A stretch of 64,000 bases of DNA from a virus (Duplodnaviria > Heunggongvirae > Uroviricota > Caudoviricetes): IMG/VR virus record IMGVR_UViG_2837719392_000001. The stretch is one strand, 5' to 3'. Positions 11,176 to 19,455 of the stretch are shown in pieces. Under the pieces are notes generated by a model that did no database searches, was not told where the DNA came from, and saw only the letters and a list, made by a program, of their open reading frames with translations. Numbering within the stretch: the first letter of the stretch is position 1; each line of letters starts with the position of its first letter. A program made the translations under genes and the position numbers.

Positions 11176-11208
11176 GAATGGAGACATGTCATCGGCATGT
11201 CTCTTTTT
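11176..11208 (+). terminator. rho-independent terminator closing the non-coding region
   Basis: GAGACATG-n8-CATGTCTC hairpin followed by a T7 run. Confidence 0.6.
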
Positions 11209-11232
11209 TTGTAAAATTAAAGGAGGAATACA

Positions 11233-11890
11233 ATGAAGAAAAAGAAATGTCCAGTCTGCGGTGCATTACTAGACGAGGACAATGAATTAAGATGCAGTCG
11301 CTTTCCCATCTGCACCTTTCAAGAATCTACAAACACAAATCTAGAAAGATATATCATGTATGACCTTGAAACATCAGGATTTAAGGATAGTGACCATATC
11401 ATAGAAATTGGAGCTATTTATGTAGAGGATGGAAAGGTTGTGGATGGGTTTGATAAATTATGCAACCCTGGAATTTTCATCAATCAGAGAATCACTCAAG
11501 TAACAAACATTACAAATGATATGTTAAAGGACAAGGAGTCTGAAGAAAGTGTACTGAAGGAGTTTATCGAATGGGTCCACTCAAAGAATACAGACGTCTG
11601 TGTCGGTCATAACATTGACGCGTTCGATAACAGAATGTTAAACGCAGCATGCAAAAAATACAGACAGCAAATGCCATTCCATAGAACACTAGACACCCTC
11701 AAAATGGCAAGGAATCTAAAATTAAAGGAAAGGGGGGGTAGTCCAAGATTATAAACAGGAAACATTGGCAAATGAATATTGTCATTTTACATATTCAGCC
11801 CATAGAGCAATCCAAGACGTAGAAGCATTATTTAGAATTTTTGAAGTTTTAAGAAAGGAATATCAACAACTTCCAATTATCAATATCTGA
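11233..11890 (+). pseudogene. DEDDh 3'-5' exonuclease (DnaQ-like) with N-terminal zinc ribbon (CPVCG...C..C). Frameshifted in a G7 run at 11732-11738.
   Basis: Exo I DLETSG and Exo II GHNIDAFD are in frame 1, ending at 11754. The Exo III motif YCHFTYSAHRAIQDV continues in the -1 frame to TGA at 11888-11890. Removing one G restores a 218-aa protein. Confidence 0.65.
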
Positions 11891-11893
11891 TAA

Positions 11894-12604
11894 ATGGGAT
11901 TAAAACAGAAGTGTCTAAATAATGCAAAGAAATCTAACTATCTTGGAGATAAATGTTTTGAAGAAACATCTATGCACTACCTTGAAAATACTCAGATATT
12001 CAAAGACATGAATATTAGAGAAGTCGTTCATGATAGGTCGAGACAATTAAAAGGTATTGATGCTATAGGAAGCATAGGAAATCACAGCATCAATGTCGAT
12101 GTCAAGGCTATTGCATCTCAATTAAATACATTCTGCTTTGAAATAAGCGGTAATGTATCAACAAATCAGGTGGGATGGCTGATTAATCCAAAACTAGAAA
12201 CAACACATTATCTGATTGTCTATCACACAGTGAAAGGAGCTGAAAGAAATTACAGATTAGGAAAAAGAATTATGACAGTCAATAACGTGATAGAAACAGA
12301 AGCGTTGTTAATAGAAAAAGAAAAACTGAAGTCATTCATTCAAAAGGAATTAGGACAGAATCTTGATAGTGTTGTCAAGGAAATCAGAAAACAGGACTTA
12401 GAGGGTAGGGGAGTTGTAAGATTCAATAAAGAAATGAACGTAGTCAAAGGTACAGTGAATCAAAAGGCTTATCCTACAATTTCTCTAGGTTTAAAAGAAC
12501 AGCCTATCAATGTCGTTGTCAGAAAAGAAAGCTTAAAAGAATTAGCTGACAAGCATTGGATTATAGAAGATGAAAAGAATATGGTCACTAGTGACCAAAT
12601 CTAA
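11894..12604 (+). CDS. hypothetical protein. Its 3' end contains parS-like palindrome copy 5.
   Basis: 236-aa ORF, no clear motifs. The last codons ATGGTCACTAGTGACCAAATCTAA encode the palindrome. Confidence 0.45.
   Translation: MGLKQKCLNNAKKSNYLGDKCFEETSMHYLENTQIFKDMNIREVVHDRSRQLKGIDAIGSIGNHSINVDVKAIASQLNTFCFEISGNVSTNQVGWLINPKLETTHYLIVYHTVKGAERNYRLGKRIMTVNNVIETEALLIEKEKLKSFIQKELGQNLDSVVKEIRKQDLEGRGVVRFNKEMNVVKGTVNQKAYPTISLGLKEQPINVVVRKESLKELADKHWIIEDEKNMVTSDQI
12582..12597. repeat. parS-like palindrome (copy 5)
   Basis: Exact 16-bp palindrome TGGTCACTAGTGACCA. Confidence 0.8.
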
Positions 12605-12689
12605 AATTCACCTATTATCTTGCTAAAAAACATGATTAACTTTCACACATCAAAGAAAATATATGATATACTTTATGTGTAAATATTAT

Positions 12690-12730
12690 ACGAGAAGAGA
12701 TTCCTATTTTTAGTGAATCTCTTTTTTATT
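12690..12730 (+). terminator. hairpin + T-run (terminator/attenuator) immediately upstream of the SpoVG-like RBS
   Basis: AGAGATTC-n12-GAATCTCT followed by TTTTTTATTT. Confidence 0.5.
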
Positions 12731-12747
12731 TGAAGGAGGAAAATTTA

Positions 12748-13401
12748 ATGCCAAGTTTAAAAGGTAGAGCAAAAGCTAAAACAGAATCACAAGAAAAAGA
12801 AACTAAAACAGTAGATGTAAGAATGAGAAAAGTGGAATTTGAAAACAACCCATCACTTAAAGCATTCTTTACGGCTACAGTAACAGGATATCCAGTAGCT
12901 ACTAGAGTTACATTCACTGAAAAAGAAAAAGAAGAATCAGACGATACGGAAGAAATCAATCCAGATGACTTCAATATCTTATTCCAATCAAAAGTAGGTA
13001 AGGATGGTAAGCGATATCCATTGTTACATCCAATTGATGCAGAAACAAGAAATGATATTAAGTTAAATGTTTTGAGTGCATTTAAGAGATTCTTTGAAGA
13101 TGAAAAAGATGTATTTGTAGATGAAAACGACATTGCAGTATCTCAAGTTGCAGAGAAAAATTACTTTAAAGGTCAAGTTGGTGACGCACTCGTTCAAACT
13201 ACAAGAACAATGGCTTTAAAAGATATGGAATTACATGTCAATAAAGATGGTAATTACTATATTACTTATCCAAGTTATCCAAGTAAGCAAAAAAATGCTG
13301 AAGGAAAATATGATAGATTTCCATATTATTGGCCACAAAAAGATAGTGATACAACACAAGCTATCTTAGAAGCTGCAGTCAAAGAATATGAAAAAGCTTA
13401 G
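12748..13401 (+). CDS. SpoVG-like protein with repeated SpoVG-type modules
   Basis: VDVRMRKVEF...FFTATV...YPVATRV resembles the SpoVG N-terminus. Second and third repeats (KRYPLLHPIDAETRNDIKLNVLSAF; YYITYPSYPS...). Start moved to ATG with GGAGG RBS. Confidence 0.55.
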   Translation: MPSLKGRAKAKTESQEKETKTVDVRMRKVEFENNPSLKAFFTATVTGYPVATRVTFTEKEKEESDDTEEINPDDFNILFQSKVGKDGKRYPLLHPIDAETRNDIKLNVLSAFKRFFEDEKDVFVDENDIAVSQVAEKNYFKGQVGDALVQTTRTMALKDMELHVNKDGNYYITYPSYPSKQKNAEGKYDRFPYYWPQKDSDTTQAILEAAVKEYEKA

Positions 13402-13414
13402 AGCTAAATAAACG

Positions 13415-13450
13415 ATAGAAAAGGGATGCTCTGGCATCTCTTTTTTTATT
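13415..13450 (+). terminator. rho-independent terminator
   Basis: GGGATGC-TCTG-GCATCTC hairpin + T9. Confidence 0.55.
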
Positions 13451-13459
13451 TAATCGGAG

Positions 13460-14031
13460 GTGTTTCGTATTAGCCTAAAAAAAGTTTCACGTGAAACGAA
13501 ATCCATCAAAAAACTCCCATCAATCCAACTTTTTTTAGACGTCTCCTCTACAAACACAGGAGTTGCTATCTTGTTGGAAGATGGAAGGGTGATGATGGAC
13601 TCAATCAACCTCAAAAGATTCCAAAGACCACCCTGTATGTCTTTGACAGATTATGAAAAGGTCAAGATAGGAGTCATCAAGGAATATCTAGATAAGCTTG
13701 AAGAGAAATACAGGATTGATTTGGTGTGTGTTGAGGGTATATTCATTCGCCCTGGATATAATCAATCTTCTCAAATCCTTCTCAAACTCCACGGATTTTT
13801 GATGGGATATTTTCTGGATACACCATTCATATCAATACCACCATCAAACATAAAAAAGCTATAGCAGGGAAGGGTAATGCAAAAAAGGAAGAAGTGAGAG
13901 GAAGATTAGAAGAGGTATATCAATATCATTTTCGAAGTGATGATGAAAGTGATGCAATGGCCCTGCTCGTTACTTACAAAGGCCATAGTCAATATCAAAT
14001 AGAACAGAAGGAGGATACTTATGGAATATGA
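13460..14031 (+). pseudogene. RuvC-family Holliday-junction resolvase (phage-type). Frameshifted in an A6 run at 13852-13857.
   Basis: N-terminal LDVSSTNTGVAIL (RuvC motif I) in frame 1, ending at 13864. The C-terminal KKAIAGKGNAKKEEV...SDDESDAMALLV (RuvC motif IV) continues in the +2 frame to TGA at 14029-14031. Confidence 0.65.
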
Positions 14032-14608
14032 TACATTATATAAAGAAGTGCTAGGTAGACTGGATGCTTATAAGGACAATGAAAAGAAGATAAAAGACAC
14101 AGATGTCAATAAAAAAGCTTTTAATAAGATGTTATATAAGTATGAGGTTAATAACCAGACAGAAGAATTATCTGATGAGTTCAAGGAAAGTATTCAGTTG
14201 TTAAAGGATTCTGGATTAAGCTTGAACGATATCTTAACTGTACTTACTGTTTCAAGCAAAGAGATGAAACCTTTTTTAACCGAGGCTAAAAATGAGTTAA
14301 AAACTTTAGCAGAAACGAATGAAGAATTATATCAGGAAATTGGAAAGGTCATGTTGGAAGATGACAAAATGACTGAAAGAAGTATGCACTTCCCACATAT
14401 TGGAACAGTCAAAGTTGTAAGAGAAAAAGAAGTTAACATCACAGATGAAGACAAACTGATTGTTGAATTAGCAAAGAATAAAGACTGGCGAAATAAATAT
14501 TTAAAGATTTCAAAGACTGTCACAAAATTACCAGAGGCAAAAGATGGATTAATTGATGGAATCTCAATTGAAGAGAAATTCAAGGTCACAGTGAAGGCAG
14601 ATAAATAA
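14021..14608 (+). CDS. hypothetical coiled-coil protein (phage recombination-module context)
   Basis: 195-aa ORF, K/E-rich. Confidence 0.45.
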   Translation: MEYDTLYKEVLGRLDAYKDNEKKIKDTDVNKKAFNKMLYKYEVNNQTEELSDEFKESIQLLKDSGLSLNDILTVLTVSSKEMKPFLTEAKNELKTLAETNEELYQEIGKVMLEDDKMTERSMHFPHIGTVKVVREKEVNITDEDKLIVELAKNKDWRNKYLKISKTVTKLPEAKDGLIDGISIEEKFKVTVKADK

Positions 14609-14964
14609 TGGGATTAAAAGAACGAGTCCAAAAGCAAAGACAAAAGACTGAACAGTCTCCATCAAAAACCCAACAAAACTCCCCAATAGGAAATGAACTT
14701 GCTGGATATGTGCAATCATATCTTGCCTGGTTAAAGGTTCAAAATCCTAACTTTGCCGAAAACCTAACAACAGAAGAATTAGCCAATTATTTTTATGGGA
14801 AGGTCAAATTACCAGAGGAAATAATGATATACATGGAAAGCCATCCTCTCCAGACTCTTTCTAAAGTCTATGAATATATAGACCGTTACAAGGATAAGAC
14901 TGATATGTTTGCAATCAATAAAAAAATAGAACCCAAAGATAGAGGAAACTACAAGGAGGTATAG
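14608..14964 (+). CDS. hypothetical protein
   Basis: 118-aa ORF. ATGA overlap with the upstream gene. Confidence 0.45.
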   Translation: MGLKERVQKQRQKTEQSPSKTQQNSPIGNELAGYVQSYLAWLKVQNPNFAENLTTEELANYFYGKVKLPEEIMIYMESHPLQTLSKVYEYIDRYKDKTDMFAINKKIEPKDRGNYKEV

Positions 14965-15951
14965 ATGTATAAGAAGAAAGATTTCAACTTCCTAGAGAAA
15001 TATGAAAAGATATCTTTTAAGACAGGAATTATCCTTTGTACAGGAGAGTGGATTCACATCATCATCAACAGCCTTCAAGAATCTCACAAAATACAAACAG
15101 AATGTAGTCAGGATGTCTATTTCGACCTTAGAGATTTTCTAGGTAAGTATAAAAAGATTCATGGAAGCAGACATGTGTTTACAATTGGGAATGATGGATT
15201 GCATATCCAAACAAAAAAGACAGGAGAAGAAGAAATCATTGAAGTAGAGGAGGGGATAAAAGTATCTCCTCTGGTTCCAAAAGAAAAAGGATGTTATCTC
15301 AATGATTGTAACTTTAAACAGTTTGATATTCTTAGCTCCATTAACATGGATTTGAGTTATATCAGTTTTTTAAAGGATGCCTCGTTGGTGATAGATGATG
15401 ATAAATCCTATATCTGGAAAACAAATGGAATTACTGATATCTATATACAGATACCTTCATTTTCTAAACCAATGGGATATATTCCTCATAGCTTAATTTC
15501 ATTATTTGCCAATTGGCAAGGTAAAGAAGCGTATATCAGCATTGAAAAGAATGTACCAGGTATTGGGGTGAATAATCTTGTGTTACATGATGATGAAAAC
15601 ATCTTAGCTGTAGCAATGAATAGAAATCAGGAATACAACACCTATGAACTTCCATCATCTTCTCAACAATACGTCTTAACCAATGAAGAGCTGAAAAACC
15701 TTCAAAGCATCAAGTTTAAGAAGTTATTAGCTCAGATAAAGAAGGAAAAGAATCTGAAAACAAGTTATGAAGTATATGTTGAGATTGTTGATGGGATTTG
15801 GTATATGAATGAAGAGAAATTCTTTGAAACAGAAGGGAAGATAACAACACGACGCTATGAAGGCTATAAACTTGCCACATTCATTAACAATGCTAAACAC
15901 TTAACAGTTCATGATACTTATCTACAAGATGGAAATATTTATTTCATATAA
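14965..15951 (+). CDS. hypothetical protein
   Basis: 328-aa ORF, tightly packed in an operon. Confidence 0.45.
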   Translation: MYKKKDFNFLEKYEKISFKTGIILCTGEWIHIIINSLQESHKIQTECSQDVYFDLRDFLGKYKKIHGSRHVFTIGNDGLHIQTKKTGEEEIIEVEEGIKVSPLVPKEKGCYLNDCNFKQFDILSSINMDLSYISFLKDASLVIDDDKSYIWKTNGITDIYIQIPSFSKPMGYIPHSLISLFANWQGKEAYISIEKNVPGIGVNNLVLHDDENILAVAMNRNQEYNTYELPSSSQQYVLTNEELKNLQSIKFKKLLAQIKKEKNLKTSYEVYVEIVDGIWYMNEEKFFETEGKITTRRYEGYKLATFINNAKHLTVHDTYLQDGNIYFI

Positions 15952-15954
15952 ACG

Positions 15955-15990
15955 AAAAAGTCCCCTTATTGGGGACCTCTTTTTTTATTT
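15955..15990 (+). terminator. rho-independent terminator
   Basis: GTCCCC-TTATT-GGGGAC + T9. Confidence 0.6.
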
Positions 15991-16455
15991 ACTGAAAGTT
16001 TTGACTGTTCCTTGTAATACCTCTAGCATCTTTCCAGAATCTGTATCTTTGGCGGCCGAAATAGAGGTTAGTTTGCTATTGCTAACTAATTCATTTCTTT
16101 CTTCAAGATATACTTCTGAATATGCCTGCATTGTTGCCACATAATCCATATACTTATCAGAAAAGGCATCTAATATTTCTAAATCTAGGTTAACTCGATT
16201 TGATGCAATCTGATAAACATCATCCAAATACTTAACAGTCACAACCTGTTTTTGAGTATTCGTATCTGCTTTTTTCATATTTGTTTCATAAATATCTTCT
16301 GCTTTTTGAATCAATTCATAATCGCTTTGAACATTACTTAATTCGACTTCACTATAATCCATTGTTTTGCTGGAATCTATACTTTGCTTACATCCTAGAA
16401 GAGAAAAACAGAGAAGTAAGCAAATCACAGCCTTGAATAATCTTGATATTTTCAT
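15985..16455 (-). CDS. lipoprotein (signal peptide + LLGC lipobox)
   Basis: N-terminus MKISRLFKAVICLLLCFSLLGC. Confidence 0.55.
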   Translation of the reverse strand: MKISRLFKAVICLLLCFSLLGCKQSIDSSKTMDYSEVELSNVQSDYELIQKAEDIYETNMKKADTNTQKQVVTVKYLDDVYQIASNRVNLDLEILDAFSDKYMDYVATMQAYSEVYLEERNELVSNSKLTSISAAKDTDSGKMLEVLQGTVKTFSK

Positions 16456-16457
16456 AA

Positions 16458-17434
16458 CTATTTCACTGACTTAATAATATTCTTGACTTTATTCTGATAG
16501 CTTTTAGATGTGCTAGCTGAATTACCAGCGGAACTAATAGCTTTCTGTGCTGAAATTATCTGTTTTCTTAATGTATTATAGTTCTTTTGAATTGTTGTAT
16601 TTTGTTTCGCTGCAGCAGAGCCAAAGGCAGAATTATTTTGTTTGCTATTAGCAATATTATTGTTATTTTGTGCTGTTGATGAATTTTTATCATTCTTCAT
16701 CTCATTATTCTTTTTATCTATTGCTTGTTGATTCGCTTGTTGCTTTGAAGCTGTATCGGATGCATTGTTTTGCGCATTTTCCTCACTTTTGGATAGACTC
16801 CCTCCAAATTCTTTTGATTGACTTTCCTTATCTGTTAATGATTGTTGTTTCTGTTGGTCTTTGATGGCATTATAATCATCTTTACTGGCTAAGCTTTCAT
16901 CACCAAAAGCCTCAGCAAATGTCTCATTACCATCCTCGATTTTCAGTATGCTGTCTTCTTCCTCTTTTTGACTAGCTTCCTGTTGTTCTAGTTCTTTAGC
17001 TTTTTCTTCATCACTGACTCCTCCAACTGCATCAGCAAGACTATTCATAGTACTCGTATTTGCGTTAACTGTATAATAGCCTTGAGCTATCTGATTGATT
17101 TCATTTTGTAAAGCCTGATTTTCTTTATCTGCCTGAATACTTTTCAAATACGCTTGAAATCCTTTGCCTGCATTTGTTTCTTCATCTAAAGACCCGTATT
17201 GTGCCTGAAGATTTTGAAAATTCTGTTTAGCTTCTCCAAATAGAGAATAAGCTTCTTCTTGTATATCAAAAGGTTGTTCCTTTCTTGCCTCATTGCTATT
17301 ATCTTCTGACTTGAATCTTTCCTCGGCAGATTGTGTTGCATTTGTCTGCGAACTTTCTAGGGGGTTTGTAGCAAAGACAGGGGTAGGGGCTATCATGAAT
17401 AGAGATAAAGCACCTGCAAAAAACTTTTTATTCA
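16458..17434 (-). CDS. secreted Q/N/S/K-rich low-complexity protein
   Basis: GTG start with GGAGGTGA RBS. Signal peptide KKFFAGALSLFMIAPTPVFA. Confidence 0.5.
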
Positions 17435-17591
17435 CCTGTATCACCTCCACACTTTATTTTATCATACATAGGCTTCAATTCGATTTTCCTCAGATTGATG
17501 AATAGTTGATACAATAGTGTAAGGATAAAAACTTGAGAAAGTCATGGAAATGAGTTTTTGTCACTACACCAATAACAAAAGAGGTGATGAA

Positions 17592-18344
17592 ATGAAACAG
17601 ATTTATTTTTATGGAAATACAGCACAATGCCAATGTGATAAACAGGAAGATGCTATCTTTATGAGTGAATTAGAAGATTATTACATACTGATGATTGCTG
17701 ATGGTAATGGAGAACAGGCAGGGGACATCAATACTGGTCAGCTTGCCATAAACATCATGTTCAACTATCTACAAAAAATCATTACACCTTATTCCTCTTT
17801 ACAGGATATTAGAGATTCGATGGATTTTGGCATGTTTATAGTATCGCAGTCATTTCTGTCAATTAATGCTATCTCTGAAAAATATAGAAACATCTATGCA
17901 TCATTGGCAGTTGTTATCATTTCTAAGACAACACAAAAAATGATGTTTGCCAGTACAGGGAATACTGAATTGCAATTGATACGCAATGGTAAACTTCAAA
18001 GAATCAACAGAATCTATTCAGATGCCTATGAAGCTCTGCAAAGAGGAGAGATAGAAGAAAGGGATTTCTATATTCATCCTGGCAGAAGTATGTTAACAAG
18101 TGCAATAGGAGTCTTTCCAGATGTCTCAGCTGATATCATGCTGTTTGGAGAATTACAGGAAAAAGATATCTTTATTTTAAGTACAGACGGTGTCTATCGT
18201 TATCTAAATCCTGATGAAGTCATTTCTATCCTTGGAGAAGCATCCAATATTCAGGAAGGAGTGAATCAAATCTTAACAGAAATAAATGATAAAGGTGGCG
18301 AAGACAATGCCTCTTTAATAGTGGGACATCTGTTCAATCAGTAA
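17592..18344 (+). CDS. PP2C-family Ser/Thr protein phosphatase
   Basis: IADGNGEQAGD, STDGVY, GGEDNASLIV PP2C motifs. GAGGTGA RBS. Confidence 0.7.
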   Translation: MKQIYFYGNTAQCQCDKQEDAIFMSELEDYYILMIADGNGEQAGDINTGQLAINIMFNYLQKIITPYSSLQDIRDSMDFGMFIVSQSFLSINAISEKYRNIYASLAVVIISKTTQKMMFASTGNTELQLIRNGKLQRINRIYSDAYEALQRGEIEERDFYIHPGRSMLTSAIGVFPDVSADIMLFGELQEKDIFILSTDGVYRYLNPDEVISILGEASNIQEGVNQILTEINDKGGEDNASLIVGHLFNQ

Positions 18345-18465
18345 AAATACGATTTTACACAACTTGAAAATGAAATGATATAATGATTGAGATGTCAGAT
18401 TTGTTTTAGGCAAATACAGATACATCAAAATTATTTATGTAGCAAAGGCTACGGAGGATTTACAA

Positions 18466-18753
18466 ATGAATAAAATTATGAAGATTGGAAGTGGTATTGA
18501 AAGAGTAGACGGAGAAGCAAGAGAAGTGACAGCTTATGTAAGTAAATGTAGCACTTCATTAACAAGATTGTTAGAAGGAAACGACCCGGTAACAATCAAA
18601 GCTATGGGAAATAGAGCCATTGCTAACACAATGAAAGTTATTGCTAGAGTTCACAAAACTGTCCCTTTAAAATTAGATGCTCCAGTGTTCTTAGATGAAC
18701 AGGTTGGCGAATCTGAATTAGCAGTATTCAACATCACAGTAGAAAAAGCATAG
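18466..18753 (+). CDS. SpoVS-like protein
   Basis: 95 aa with the SpoVS pattern (KIGSG...AMGNRAIANTMKVIARV...ELAVFNITVE). Extended -10 promoter TGATATAAT upstream. Confidence 0.5.
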   Translation: MNKIMKIGSGIERVDGEAREVTAYVSKCSTSLTRLLEGNDPVTIKAMGNRAIANTMKVIARVHKTVPLKLDAPVFLDEQVGESELAVFNITVEKA

Positions 18754-18757
18754 TTCA

Positions 18758-19135
18758 ATGGATAATGGACAGTTAGAAGACTGGGGACAAATCATTCTTA
18801 TTTGCCCTTGTCATATAAAAGAAGCGAAGGAATGTGAAGATATTAGAAAAATGAAAGATATGACCATGAAGATGGTCAATGGATATAGAAATGTCAATTT
18901 TCAATGTCCTTACTGCACAAACAGCTTTGATTATGAAGTGAAAATTAAACTCTTTGAACTTCTTAACAAATACTTTCAAAACAACCAGACATATGTGGGA
19001 TTTAACAAGTATGTAAGTAGGAAAGGGGAAAGGATTCGTTTAAGATATATCAAAGAAATGAAAACTAACACAGGAAAAGCAATCATTATCGAAGCGGCTA
19101 ATCTCACACAACATCCAAGCTTTAAAAATGCTTAG
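18758..19135 (+). CDS. hypothetical Cys-rich (CPCH...CPYC) zinc-finger protein
   Basis: 125-aa ORF. Confidence 0.4.
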   Translation: MDNGQLEDWGQIILICPCHIKEAKECEDIRKMKDMTMKMVNGYRNVNFQCPYCTNSFDYEVKIKLFELLNKYFQNNQTYVGFNKYVSRKGERIRLRYIKEMKTNTGKAIIIEAANLTQHPSFKNA

Positions 19136-19160
19136 GACTCTGATGAGTCCTTTTTTTGTT
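19133..19160 (+). terminator. rho-independent terminator
   Basis: GGACTC-TGAT-GAGTCC + T7. Confidence 0.6.
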
Positions 19161-19455
19161 GAAAAATGAGAAGAAGTCGTTTATAATAGTTATTGGGTAA
19201 ATAAAAAAACAAAACACAGCAAATTTTTCAATGAAAACTAGCTAAAACATCTTGATTTTTAAATAGCAAAGATGTATTATAGTTATGCATTGATAATGCT
19301 TTTACGTACAAATTAAAGATTATGAAAAGTGCATGTATGAAGGCATGACCATTATTCAATGGTGATGCTGTGTATCGCCTTATTTACCCAACAAATAGGT
19401 CGTGACTTCGTACATGCATTTTTATTTTATAAAAAAGAAAGGAGGATAGATATTC

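Noticed and set aside
16670-17505. Plus-strand ORFs 16670..16864 and 17293..17505, and 14332..14589 -, 12726..13133 -, 32180..32617 -, 32220..32456 +
   Set aside because: Antisense or alternate-frame translations of low-complexity (Q/N/S/K/E-rich or coiled-coil) coding regions of real genes on the other strand or frame.
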